From NCBI GenBank assembly GCA_021847925.1, contig JAJZNI010000164.1, forward strand, positions 1 to 60,884: 60,884 bases of DNA, written 5' to 3'. Source of the DNA: a bacterium. GTDB lineage: Bacteria > Chloroflexota > Dormibacteria > Aeolococcales > Aeolococcaceae. Below, piece after piece: positions 1 to 8,892 of this stretch; position 1 is the first letter of the stretch; each line of letters begins with the position of its first letter. The notes under the pieces were generated by a model that saw nothing but the letters and a program-made list of their open reading frames with translations, ran no database searches and was not told where the DNA came from. The position numbers and the translations under genes were made by a program.

Positions 1-522
1 CACCGTCTGCCCCGCCGAGGTGTCCACGGGATAGAGCCCGGGTGGGCTGAACCAGTCGGACACCGTCTCCATGGTGGCGTTGAGGGCACCGATGTGCGGG
101 TCGACGCTCATCAGGCTGTTCCACACCAGCCCGGAGGCGGTCATGCTGAAGGCGATCGGCATGAAGACCACGGTTTTGAAGGCCGTTGACCAGCGTATCC
201 GCTCGGTGAGCACCGCAAAGACCAGGCCCAGGAAGGTCACCAGGAAGGGGAAGACGATGACCCAGATCACGTTGTTGCGGAACGCCACCAGGATGTCCGC
301 GGTCGAGAAGATGGTCCTGTAGTTGCCGAGGCCCACGAACTGGGTGGCCGTCTGGTTGTAGAAGCTGTCGCGGATCGTCATCACCAGCGGGTAGCAGACG
401 ATGACGCCGAGCCAGATCGCGCCGGGCGCGAGGAAGGCGAGGGAACCCAGGTGGCTGCGCCAGCCTCCGCCCGGCGGCCGGCCGACATCGACCGGCCCAT
501 CCTCGGCGGCGGGCTTCTCCAT
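1..522 (-). CDS. Carbohydrate ABC transporter permease (MalF/UgpA-like), N-terminal part; 3' end lies beyond the window start
   Basis: The minus-strand frame is open to the window edge, so it is absent from the ORF track. Hand translation gives MEKPAAEDGPVDVGRPPGGGWRSHLGSLAFLAPGAIWLGVIVCYPLVMTIRDSFYNQTATQFVGLGNYRTIFST..., typical of the N-terminus of sugar ABC permeases. ATG at 522 (alternative in-frame GTG at 537). High GC3. Confidence 0.75.
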   Translation of the reverse strand, partial: MEKPAAEDGPVDVGRPPGGGWRSHLGSLAFLAPGAIWLGVIVCYPLVMTIRDSFYNQTATQFVGLGNYRTIFSTADILVAFRNNVIWVIVFPFLVTFLGLVFAVLTERIRWSTAFKTVVFMPIAFSMTASGLVWNSLMSVDPHIGALNATMETVSDWFSPPGLYPVDTSAGQTV

Positions 523-699
523 CACCGGCGTGCTCACCGCACGCAGCAGTCCGTGACGCAGGTGCAGTCCTCGCGCCGCCACGCTCAGCGCCCCTCCACG
601 TGGAGTCGAGCGGCCCGGTGCCGCGGCATGCGCAGCACCGCCTCCGCTCCCTTCGCACCCGCCATGGTGCGCCAGATCCTATCCCCACGACGGCGGCTT

Positions 700-853
700 G
701 GCAACATCACTCCGATGGGGGACAGGGGCACCTGTCCATATCGCCAATGCGGCGGCAACATCACTCCGATGGGGGACAGGGGCACCTGTCCATATCGCCA
801 ATGCAGCGGCAACATCACCCCGGTGGGGGATAGGAGTCACTATCCCTTCGGCT
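700..853. repeat. 54-bp tandem direct repeat, about 2.8 copies (starts at 700, 754, 808); each unit carries a 7-bp-stem inverted repeat
   Basis: ggcaacatcactccgatgggggacaggggcacctgtccatatcgccaatgcggc occurs twice, differing only at one position near the unit end (gcggc/gcagc). The third copy is diverged. Palindrome ggacagg-ggca-cctgtcc sits at 720-737 and 774-791. The third copy has gggatag-gagtca-ctatccc at 827-846. Confidence 0.9.
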
Positions 854-945
854 CATGGTGAGAGGGGCACATCGGGCGTACGGTGCAAGCGGGGCGCGAG
901 CGCGTATCCGGCGGCTCGCTTGGCTGGGACAGGAGGAGAGCACGG

Positions 946-2340
946 ATGATGCACCAGAACCATCTGCATCGCTTGTCGACCGGGGCGGTGCTGCTCGCGG
1001 CGGTCACGCTGGGGGTTGCCGCGTGCGGCAGCTCCAGCACCGCCACCTCACCCGGCGCCTCGTCCAGCAGCGCGCCGTCATCCAAGATCGGTGGCTCGGT
1101 CACGGTGTGGGCCGAGTGGACCAGCACCGAACAGCAGGACTTCCTGGCGGCGCTCACGCCGTTCGAGACCGACACCGGCATCACGGTGAACTACACGGGC
1201 AAGGGCAGCAACATGGACCAAGCCCTCAACGCCGCGATCGCCGGCGGGGCGCCTCCCGACGTCGCCCTGGTCCCCGACCCGGGCGAGCTGAACTCCCTCG
1301 CCAGCCAGGGCAAGATCAAGCCGCTGGCGAGCCTCCTGGGAAGCCTGACCAGCAACTACAGCACCGCCTGGAACAACCTCGCGAGCCACAACGGCACTCT
1401 CTACGGTGTCTGGTTCAAGGGGGCCAACAAGAACACCATCTGGTACAACCCCGCCCTCTTCCAGAAGGCGGGGATCTCGTCGACACCGACGACGTGGGAG
1501 CAGCTGGTCTCGGACGCGACCCAGCTCCAGGCGGCGGGGGTCACCCCCTTCTCGCTCTGCTCGGACGTCGGCTGGCCGATCGCCGACTTCTGGCAGAACG
1601 TCTACCTCAAGACCGCGGGCGCGGCTGATTACAACAAGCTGGCCGCCCACGACATCCCCTGGACCGACGCGACCGTGACCACGGCGTTCAACACCATGGC
1701 CCAGATCGTGGGCAAGCCCTCCTTCCTGCTCGGTGGCACCTCGGGAGCCCTCAGCGAGACGTACCCGTCGTGCGTCGACAAGGTCTTCCCGAAGGCCGGC
1801 ACCGCGCCGCAGGCCGCCATGGTCATCGAGGCCGACTTCGTGGTCTCCGAGATCACCGGCAACGCCAGCACCTACAAGCCGGTCTCGAGCCCGACGGCGA
1901 CCGGGTGCACGACCGACGCGGCGACCGGCTGCTACGCCTTCTTCCCGTTCCCGGCGCCGGCCGCCGACAGCGCCAACGCCCAGGCCATCCAGGGCGCCGG
2001 CGACGTGGCCATGCTGCTCAACGAGACCCCGCAGGCCAAGGCGCTCATCAAGTACCTGGCCGGCCCCGAGGGCGCTGAGATCTGGGCCCACGCGGGCGGC
2101 TTCACCTCCCCCAACAACAAGGTCCCGCTCAGCGCCTACCCCGATCCCGTCTCCCAGGCCGACGCCAAGGAGCTGGTGGACGCGAGCGCGTTCGTGTTCA
2201 GCCTCGACGACCTCCAGGGGAGCTGGGAGCAGGACATGTGGGCCGACATGAAGAACTTCGTCGCCAACCCCAGCGCCTCCAACATCGCTTCGATCGAAGC
2301 CACCATGCAATCCCAGGCGACGGCAGCCCTGGGACACTGA
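946..2340 (+). CDS. Extracellular solute-binding protein (family 1) of a carbohydrate ABC transporter, lipoprotein
   Basis: ORF 883..2340. ATG at 946 is preceded by aggaggag (931-938). Lipoprotein signal LLAAVTLGVAACGSSS. The body (VTVWAEWTSTEQQDF..., ANKNTIWYNPALFQKAGI) is typical of sugar SBPs. Divergent from the permease at 1..522. Confidence 0.85.
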   Translation: MMHQNHLHRLSTGAVLLAAVTLGVAACGSSSTATSPGASSSSAPSSKIGGSVTVWAEWTSTEQQDFLAALTPFETDTGITVNYTGKGSNMDQALNAAIAGGAPPDVALVPDPGELNSLASQGKIKPLASLLGSLTSNYSTAWNNLASHNGTLYGVWFKGANKNTIWYNPALFQKAGISSTPTTWEQLVSDATQLQAAGVTPFSLCSDVGWPIADFWQNVYLKTAGAADYNKLAAHDIPWTDATVTTAFNTMAQIVGKPSFLLGGTSGALSETYPSCVDKVFPKAGTAPQAAMVIEADFVVSEITGNASTYKPVSSPTATGCTTDAATGCYAFFPFPAPAADSANAQAIQGAGDVAMLLNETPQAKALIKYLAGPEGAEIWAHAGGFTSPNNKVPLSAYPDPVSQADAKELVDASAFVFSLDDLQGSWEQDMWADMKNFVANPSASNIASIEATMQSQATAALGH

Positions 2341-2488
2341 GAACAGGGCGGGGATGGCCCGGGACCGCCGCGGCCCCGGGCCATCGCCGTGATGCGCGCC
2401 GGGCGCCCGCCATCCTCGATGGCCGCCGGCGGCGTGCCGGCCCAGCCTCGGCGCGGCGCGGCGGCCATCCCCCGGCGGGCGCGCGACG

Positions 2489-2962
2489 TCACCCGCCGCG
2501 ACGGCGCCGGAAGAACTCGGTGAGCAGCGCGCCGCACTCGCCGGCGAGGACCCCGCCGGTCACCTCGACGCGGTGGTTGTTGGCCGCGTGGCGGAGGACG
2601 TCGTACACGCTGCCGTCAGCCCCCTTCTTGGGGTCGCGCGCCCCGTAGACGCAGCGCTGGATGCGGCTCTGCACCATGGCCCCGGCACACATCGGGCAGG
2701 GCTCCAGGGTGACGGCCACGGTCACCCCCGCGAGCCGCCAGCCGCCCACCCGCCGCGCCGCCACCCGCAGCACCGCCATCTCGGCATGGAGGGAGGCGTC
2801 CCCGCCACGCTCCATCCGGTTCCCGGCCGCGGCGATGACCCGGCCCTCCAGCACCGCCACGGCTCCCACGGGAACCTCCCCGCGCGCCCCGGCCGCCCGC
2901 GCGAGGCGCAGAGCCCGGCGCATCAACCCCACGTCCGGGTCGCCGTCGGGGGGGGGCGTCAT
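2489..2962 (-). CDS. tadA: tRNA-specific adenosine deaminase
   Basis: 157-aa ORF with the CMP/dCMP deaminase zinc motifs HAEMAVL and PCPMCAGA. Size and layout are typical of TadA. Confidence 0.85.
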   Translation of the reverse strand: MTPPPDGDPDVGLMRRALRLARAAGARGEVPVGAVAVLEGRVIAAAGNRMERGGDASLHAEMAVLRVAARRVGGWRLAGVTVAVTLEPCPMCAGAMVQSRIQRCVYGARDPKKGADGSVYDVLRHAANNHRVEVTGGVLAGECGALLTEFFRRRRGG

Positions 2963-2972
2963 CCCCCGACGC

Positions 2973-3773
2973 TCAGCGCGACGCGACCTGGTCGGCGATC
3001 CGGCGCAGCGCGTCCTGCCAGCTCTCGGCCGGCGACTCCTCCGCCGCCGCCTGGGGCAGGGATCTCCGCAGCCGCTCCCGGGTCCGGTCGATCTCCCGGT
3101 CGCGGCGCCGCTCCTCGACGCTGCGCGCCGAGGAGAGCACCTGGTTCAACTCGCTGCCGATGCCGCGGATGGCCTCGACGTCGGCAGCGGACTGCAGCGT
3201 GCGCCGCAGGCGGCTCGCGATCTCCGGGGTCAGTCTCTCCCCCGCGTCGCGCAACTGGTCGCCGACGCGGCGGCGGACGTGATCCACCTCCTGGCGCCGT
3301 CGCGCCTGCGCCTCGGTCTCCCGACGGTTCGTCTCCACCAGCGCCCAGCCACCGTCGATCAGCTGAGGGTAGTGCCAGGCGAGGCTGAACCTGCCGGCGC
3401 TCATGCCATCGACGAGGGCGCGCACGTCCTGCTCGAAGCGCTGCCGGGGCTCCCCGGAGAGCTGCCCGAGCAGGTCCGCGAGGATCGGGCGCGCCTGCCC
3501 GTGGGCGCGCCGCACCCAGCCGGGCAGGTGGCGGTGCTGCGGCTCGGGGACGGCGCCGGGATGCGCCGCCGCGGCCAGCCCACCGGGCCGGCGGATGCGG
3601 GGCAGCTTGGGCCCGGGGGCGGATGGGGGGCGCTGCCCCGCGTCCCGCTGCCTCTGCCCCCCACGCCCGGGGGCCGACGGCGAACGCCCGCCCGGCTCGC
3701 CCCGATCAGCCCGCGCGCCGGCCCCCGCTCCCCCATCCGGCGCCTGCGCCTCGGGGCCCGTCTGCGCGGGCAT
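2973..3773 (-). CDS. Hypothetical protein (Pro/Arg/Gly-rich N-terminal part, charged helical C-terminal part)
   Basis: Part of ORF 2973..4052(-). High GC3 in this frame. The C-terminal part (...RRETEAQARRRQEVDHVRRRVGDQLRDAGERL...SVEERRRDREIDRTRERLRR...) looks protein-like. A start at 4052 would overlap the 3' end of nth by about 110 nt, so the internal ATG at 3773 is chosen (alternative GTG at 3842). The start is uncertain. Confidence 0.45.
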   Translation of the reverse strand: MPAQTGPEAQAPDGGAGAGARADRGEPGGRSPSAPGRGGQRQRDAGQRPPSAPGPKLPRIRRPGGLAAAAHPGAVPEPQHRHLPGWVRRAHGQARPILADLLGQLSGEPRQRFEQDVRALVDGMSAGRFSLAWHYPQLIDGGWALVETNRRETEAQARRRQEVDHVRRRVGDQLRDAGERLTPEIASRLRRTLQSAADVEAIRGIGSELNQVLSSARSVEERRRDREIDRTRERLRRSLPQAAAEESPAESWQDALRRIADQVASR

Positions 3774-3942
3774 GACGGCATCCAGCGGTTCGGCGTCGGC
3801 CGAATCAGCGGCGGGCGGGGTCGGAGCGAAGCTGACTGTCACTGCTGGCAGAGGGGGTTGAACGCTCGCATCGTACCTGAGCCCACCGCATTCTCGCCCC
3901 CGCGGCCCCCTGGGCCCGGGGTGGCGCGGGCGTCTCCCCGGC

Positions 3943-4632
3943 TCACCGCCCCGCCCGCACCCTCCCCGGGGCGACCGCGGGGAGCTGCGCCGACGGGCAG
4001 ATGTCGTTGAGCACGCACTCGGGGCAGCGCGGCCTCCGTGCCTGGCACACACGGCGTCCGTGGAGGATCAACCGGAGGCTGAGCGCCGTCCACTCCGACG
4101 CCGGGACGATGGCGCAGACGTCGCGCTCGATCTCCACCGGGTCGGTGGAGGCGGTGAGCCTGAGCCGCCCGGCAAGGCGGGTCACGTGCGTGTCCACGGC
4201 CAGACCCGGCCTGCCGAAGGCCACCCCGAGGACGACGTTGGCGGTCTTCCTCCCGACCCCGCGCAGGGTCACCAGGTCCTCCATCCGGTCCGGGACCCTC
4301 CCCCCGTAGCGCGCCACGAGGTCCTGGCTCATCTCGATGATCGCGCGGGTCTTGGAGCGGAAGAAGCCGGTGCTGCGGATCGCCTCCTCGAGCTCGGCCG
4401 CGTCGGCGCTCGCGAAGGCGGCGGCGTCGGGGTAGCGGCGGAACAGCCCGGGGGTGACCAGGTTGACCCGCTCGTCGGTGCACTGGGCCGAGAGGATGGT
4501 GGCGACGAGGAGCTGCAGCGGATCCCCGTGCACCAGGGCGCAGGCGGCGTCCGGGTACTCGGCGGCGAGCCGGTCGACCACCGTGGCGGCGCGCGAGCGC
4601 GCCCCGGCGGGAAGGCGGCGGGCAGCGGGCAT
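3943..4632 (-). CDS. nth: Endonuclease III (DNA-(apurinic/apyrimidinic site) lyase)
   Basis: C-terminal 229 aa of ORF 3943..5925(-). HhH-GPD region LVTLRGVGRKTANVVL and the 4Fe-4S cluster loop CQARRPRCPECVLNDIC. ATG at 4632. The upstream 431 aa of that ORF are antisense to mdh and spurious. Confidence 0.9.
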   Translation of the reverse strand: MPAARRLPAGARSRAATVVDRLAAEYPDAACALVHGDPLQLLVATILSAQCTDERVNLVTPGLFRRYPDAAAFASADAAELEEAIRSTGFFRSKTRAIIEMSQDLVARYGGRVPDRMEDLVTLRGVGRKTANVVLGVAFGRPGLAVDTHVTRLAGRLRLTASTDPVEIERDVCAIVPASEWTALSLRLILHGRRVCQARRPRCPECVLNDICPSAQLPAVAPGRVRAGR

Positions 4633-4743
4633 CGCCGGTGAATGGTAGAGCGCGGGCGGCGCCCACCCGCGCGCGGCGGGTGTTCGGGCGCCCCCTCCTA
4701 CAATCTGGTGTCGCAACCACCGCGTCGACCCCCGGAGGACCCT

Positions 4744-5724
4744 GTGCGCCACAAGATCACGATCATCGGCGCCGGCAACGTTGGTGCCACCCTGGCCCAG
4801 CGCTTGGCCGAGCGCGACTACGCCGACATCGTCCTGGTGGACATCGTGGAGGGCCTCCCCCAGGGCAAGGCCCTCGACCTCCTCGAGGCCGGACCGGTCG
4901 TCGGCTACGACAGCCTCATCACGGGCAGCAACGGCTACGCGGAGAGCGCCGGCAGCGACGTGGTGGTGGTGACCAGCGGCATCGCCCGCAAGCCGGGAAT
5001 GTCCCGCGACGACCTGGTCATGACCAACGCCGGCATCGTCGCCGGGGTGGTCCGCCAGGCGTCCGCCGCATCCCCCGACGCCGTGATCGTGGTGGTGAGC
5101 AACCCCCTCGACGTCATGGCGCAGGTGGCGCTGGCCGTCAGCGGATTCCCCCGCGAGCGCGTCGTGGGCATGGCCGGGGTGCTCGACACGGCCCGTTTCC
5201 GGGCCTTCCTCGCCCTGGAGCTGGGGGCCTCGGTGCGCGACGTCCAGGCCTACGTCCTGGGCGGCCACGGCGACACCATGGTGCCCCTCACCCACCTCAG
5301 CACCGTGGCCGGCGTCCCGGTGGCCGACCTCATCCCCGCCGAGCGCCTCGAGCAGATCGTGCAGCGCACCCGCGACGGCGGTGCGGAGATCGTCAGCCTG
5401 CTGAAGACGGGGAGCGCCTACTACGCGCCCAGCGCCGCGGTGGCCCAGATGGTCGACGCGATCCTCCTGGACACCCGCCAGGTCCTGCCCTGCAGCGTCC
5501 ACCTCCGCGGCGAGTACGGCATCTCCGGGGTCTTCAGCGGCGTCCCCGCGCGGCTCGGCGCCGGCGGCCTCCTGGAGGTGATCGAGGTGGCGCTGAGCGA
5601 GCCGGATCAGCGCGCCCTGGGCCGTTCCGCGGATGCCGTCCGCGAGGTCGTCGAGCTGATCGAGCGCAGCCGCACCCAGATCCAGGCCGACCTGCCCCCG
5701 CTGCTCGCCCCTCCGCCGGCCTGA
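4744..5724 (+). CDS. mdh: Malate dehydrogenase (LDH-like MDH family)
   Basis: [15 protein letters not shown] Rossmann motif, [13 protein letters not shown] substrate loop, and [11 protein letters not shown] with the catalytic His. GTG at 4744 follows ggagga (4733-4738). Confidence 0.9.
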   Translation: MRHKITIIGAGNVGATLAQRLAERDYADIVLVDIVEGLPQGKALDLLEAGPVVGYDSLITGSNGYAESAGSDVVVVTSGIARKPGMSRDDLVMTNAGIVAGVVRQASAASPDAVIVVVSNPLDVMAQVALAVSGFPRERVVGMAGVLDTARFRAFLALELGASVRDVQAYVLGGHGDTMVPLTHLSTVAGVPVADLIPAERLEQIVQRTRDGGAEIVSLLKTGSAYYAPSAAVAQMVDAILLDTRQVLPCSVHLRGEYGISGVFSGVPARLGAGGLLEVIEVALSEPDQRALGRSADAVREVVELIERSRTQIQADLPPLLAPPPA

Positions 5725-5928
5725 CCGGCCCCGCCGCCCCTCTGCGGCGGGTCGGCGTCGAGCAGGTCGCGCGGCATGGCCGGCCCCGGGTGGACGCTGC
5801 GAAGACCGGGCGGCGCGGCGGGCGCCCGGCTGGCACCGCCGCTGCCACCTCCCTGCATGGCCCTCCCATGGTCGTGGGCCGCGGCCACCGCTCCGACCCC
5901 GGCCGCCCGGGTCCCCCGGCTTCATGGA

Positions 5929-6204
5929 TCATGCGCCCGCATCCGGACCCACCCCCTCGTCCTCGCTCGACAGGCGCACGCCGGCCGGGTCCGGGTCCCG
6001 GCCCGGGCTGGTGGCCACGGGCAGCTCGCGGTGCGGCTCGCGATAGCGCATCCCGAAGAGGGGCCCGAGGACCACCAGCAACCGCACCATGGCGATCCGC
6101 AGCTCGGAGTCCCCCCACTCCGGCGTCCTGGAGTGGACGTAGAAGGCGGCGACCGCCACCACCAGCACCCCCAGGATGCCGGCCATGATGATCACCGTGA
6201 CCAT
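5929..6204 (-). CDS. Small hypothetical membrane protein (about 2 TM helices) immediately downstream of sdhB
   Basis: 91-aa ORF. High GC3. Hydrophobic segments VIIMAGILGVLVVAVAAFYV and IAMVRLLVVLGPLF. Same strand as the sdh operon, 30 nt after it. Confidence 0.45.
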   Translation of the reverse strand: MVTVIIMAGILGVLVVAVAAFYVHSRTPEWGDSELRIAMVRLLVVLGPLFGMRYREPHRELPVATSPGRDPDPAGVRLSSEDEGVGPDAGA

Positions 6205-6234
6205 GGGCTCACCGCGTGGCGGGGCCGCCTGCCC

Positions 6235-7083
6235 TCAGGCGGCGCCGGCACCTCCTCCGCCCTCGCCGCCATCACCCGGGCCCCCCAGGGCACCGGCCGG
6301 GGCGGCCTCGCCGCCTCGGGTCCCGGGCCCGCCGCGCAGCCGCCGCGCCAGCCTGCGGAGCGGGTCCCAGTGCTCGTCCGCCACCCTCTCCTTGAGCGGG
6401 ATGATGGCGTTGTCGGTGATGTGGATGTGCTCGGGGCAGACCTCGGTGCAGCACTTGGTGATGTTGCAGAGGCCGAGCCCCCCCTCCTCGCGCACCAGTT
6501 CGCGGCGGTCAAGGATGTCCTTGGGGTGCATCTCGAGCCCGGCCACCCTGACGAAGAACCGGGGACCGAAGAACTGCGGTGCCAGGGCGTGACTGCGGTT
6601 GACGTGGCACACGTCCTGGCACAGGAAGCACTCGATGCAGCGCCGGAATTCGTAGAGACGGTCGATGTCCATCTGATCGATCCGCCAGGGCGAGCCGTCG
6701 TCGGGCGCCGCAGTGAACTGCGGGATCTGCCGGTTGATCTCGTAGTTCCGGGAGACGTCGGTGACCAGGTCCTTGATCAGGGGGAAGGAGCGCATCGGCT
6801 GGACGGTGATCGGTCCGTCGGAGAGCGTGTCCACCCGCGTCTTGCACATCAGCGCGGGCCGTCCGTTGACCTCGGCGCCGCACGAGCCGCACTTGGCGGC
6901 CTTGCAGTTCCACCGGCAGGCGAGGTCCGTGTCCAGGTTGCGCTGCACGAAGTGGACCGCATCCAGCACCACCATGCCCACCACCTCGGGGACCGCATAG
7001 GTGGCGTAGCTCTGCTCACCCTCCGGCAGGCCGCGGAAGATGCGCAGGGTGAGGGTCCGGCCGGTCAGCTGCCCGTCCGTCAT
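6235..7083 (-). CDS. sdhB: Succinate dehydrogenase/fumarate reductase iron-sulfur subunit
   Basis: 2Fe-2S motif CRWNCKAAKCGSCG...C and ferredoxin-type clusters CIECFLCQDVC and CNITKCCTEVCP. ATGA start/stop overlap with sdhA. Gly/Ala-rich C-terminal extension. Confidence 0.9.
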   Translation of the reverse strand: MTDGQLTGRTLTLRIFRGLPEGEQSYATYAVPEVVGMVVLDAVHFVQRNLDTDLACRWNCKAAKCGSCGAEVNGRPALMCKTRVDTLSDGPITVQPMRSFPLIKDLVTDVSRNYEINRQIPQFTAAPDDGSPWRIDQMDIDRLYEFRRCIECFLCQDVCHVNRSHALAPQFFGPRFFVRVAGLEMHPKDILDRRELVREEGGLGLCNITKCCTEVCPEHIHITDNAIIPLKERVADEHWDPLRRLARRLRGGPGTRGGEAAPAGALGGPGDGGEGGGGAGAA

Positions 7084-8879
7084 GCGTGAGCCTCCGGGCT
7101 GGCCGCCTCCCCGCCGATCACCCTCGCGTAGTGGGCGGGTATCACGGCGGTGGGGAAGAAACGGCTCTGCTGCAGGCGCCGGACCGCCTCGTCGGGCATG
7201 AGCGGCACCGGCCGCTCCTCGACGCGCATCTCGCCGCCGCGCCTCACCGCGACCAGGTTGATCCGGCTCCAGTGGTCCTCCTCATCGGGGAAGTCGAAGC
7301 GCCACTGCGAGCCGCGGGACTCGCGCCGCTCCAGCGCCGAGCGGACGATCGCCTCCGAGATGGTGAGCATGAAGCGGGCGTCCCAGCACGCGTGCCACCC
7401 GGGGTTGAGGACCCGGCCGCCGGCCACCCTGACCCGGGCGGCGCGCTCGCGCAGCTCGCCGATCGCGCCGAGCGCGCGTGTGAGCGACTCCTCGCTGCGA
7501 CCGATGCCGGCGTCGTCCTGCATCGCCTCCTGGAGGTCGCGGTGGAGCGTGTAGGGATTGTCCACGGTGTCCCCCCCTCCGGCGAGGGGCTCGACGATCA
7601 GCGCCTCGAGCTCGCGGAGCTGGGCCCCGGAGGGGGCGGGCTTCGAAGGCCGGCTCCGGGCGTGCTCGGCCGCCGCCTCCCCCGCCCTGCGGCCAAAGAC
7701 CAGGATGTCGCCGAGGGAGTTGCCACCGAGACGATTGGCCCCGTGCAGGCCGGCCGCGCACTCGCCGGCCGCGTAGAGGCCGGGCACGGTGGTGGCGGCC
7801 GTCTCGGCGTCGACCCGGAGGCCCCCCATCGTGTAGTGGATGGTGGGATACACCTCCATCGGCTCCCGGGTGATGTCCACCCCGGCCAGGGAGTGGAACT
7901 GCTCGTACATCGAGGGGAGCTTGCGGTGGATCTCGGCGGCCGGCAGCCGGGTCGCGATGTCCAGGAAGGCGCCCCCGTGGGGGGATCCGCGCCCCGCCTG
8001 CACCTCCTTGTAGATGGAGCGGGCCACCACGTCCCGCGAGGAGAGGTCCTTCTTCACCGGGTCATAGCGCTCCATGAAGCGCTCGCCCTCGGAGTTGCGC
8101 AGGATGCCGCCCTCGCCCCGCACCCCCTCGGTGACCAGGATGCCGCGCGCCCCTGGGGGCCAGACCATCCCGGTGGGGTGGAACTGGACGAACTCCATGT
8201 CCTGGAGCTCGGCGCCGGCCTCGTACGCCATGGCGGCGCCGTCGCCCGTACCCTCCCAGGAGTTGGACGTGTGGCGGTACATCCGCCCCCAACCCCCGCT
8301 CGCCATCACCACCGCCGCGGCGCGGATCAGCACCAGCTCCCCGGAGTTCCGGTCGTACCCGATGGCGCCGCCGACCGCGTCGCCGGAGAGGAGCAGGCGC
8401 ACCAGGGTGCACTCCATGAGCACCTCCGCGCCCGCGGTGTGCACCAGCCGATCCTGGCAGGTGCGGATGAGCTCCAGCCCGGTGCGGTCCCCGACGTGGG
8501 CGAGCCGCCGCCAGCTGTGGGCGCCGAACGCCCGCTGCATGATCCGCCCGTCGGGAGTGCGGTCAAAGAGGCCGCCCCACCGCTCCAGCTCGTAGACCCG
8601 GTCGATCACCTCGTGGGCGTAGAGCTCCACCATCCGCCAGTTGTTGATGACGTGGCCGCCCAGCATGGTGTCCGCGAAGTGGACCTCCCAGGAGTCGACG
8701 GAATCGACGTTGCCGATCCCGGCGGCGATGCCCCCCTCGGCCATCACGGTGTGCGCCTTGCCGAGCAGCGACTTGGTGACCACCACCGTGGAGCAGCCCG
8801 CCTCGGCGGCGGCGATGGCGGCACGCATCCCCGCCCCCCCGGCACCCACCACCAGCACGTCGCACTCACGTTCGATCAC
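7080..8879 (-). CDS. sdhA: Succinate dehydrogenase/fumarate reductase flavoprotein subunit
   Basis: DVLVVGAGGAGMRAA FAD motif, HTVMAEGG (covalent-FAD His region), HPTG, HGANRLGGNSL. 599 aa. Confidence 0.92.
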   Translation of the reverse strand: MIERECDVLVVGAGGAGMRAAIAAAEAGCSTVVVTKSLLGKAHTVMAEGGIAAGIGNVDSVDSWEVHFADTMLGGHVINNWRMVELYAHEVIDRVYELERWGGLFDRTPDGRIMQRAFGAHSWRRLAHVGDRTGLELIRTCQDRLVHTAGAEVLMECTLVRLLLSGDAVGGAIGYDRNSGELVLIRAAAVVMASGGWGRMYRHTSNSWEGTGDGAAMAYEAGAELQDMEFVQFHPTGMVWPPGARGILVTEGVRGEGGILRNSEGERFMERYDPVKKDLSSRDVVARSIYKEVQAGRGSPHGGAFLDIATRLPAAEIHRKLPSMYEQFHSLAGVDITREPMEVYPTIHYTMGGLRVDAETAATTVPGLYAAGECAAGLHGANRLGGNSLGDILVFGRRAGEAAAEHARSRPSKPAPSGAQLRELEALIVEPLAGGGDTVDNPYTLHRDLQEAMQDDAGIGRSEESLTRALGAIGELRERAARVRVAGGRVLNPGWHACWDARFMLTISEAIVRSALERRESRGSQWRFDFPDEEDHWSRINLVAVRRGGEMRVEERPVPLMPDEAVRRLQQSRFFPTAVIPAHYARVIGGEAASPEAHA

Positions 8880-8892
8880 GCCGGCATCCCGC

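Noticed and set aside
700-853. CRISPR array (also considered for 14474..14607)
   Set aside because: The units abut directly with no unique spacers, there are only about 3 copies, and no cas genes are present. They are plain tandem repeats.
3774-4052. Longer start (4052) for the hypothetical gene 2973..
   Set aside because: It would overlap the 3' end of nth by about 110 nt. The extra residues are Arg/Gly/Pro low-complexity. The internal start is preferred but unproven.
4633-5925. N-terminal 431 aa of the 660-aa ORF 3943..5925(-)
   Set aside because: Only the last 229 aa are endonuclease III, starting at the ATG at 4632. The upstream part is antisense to mdh and low-complexity.
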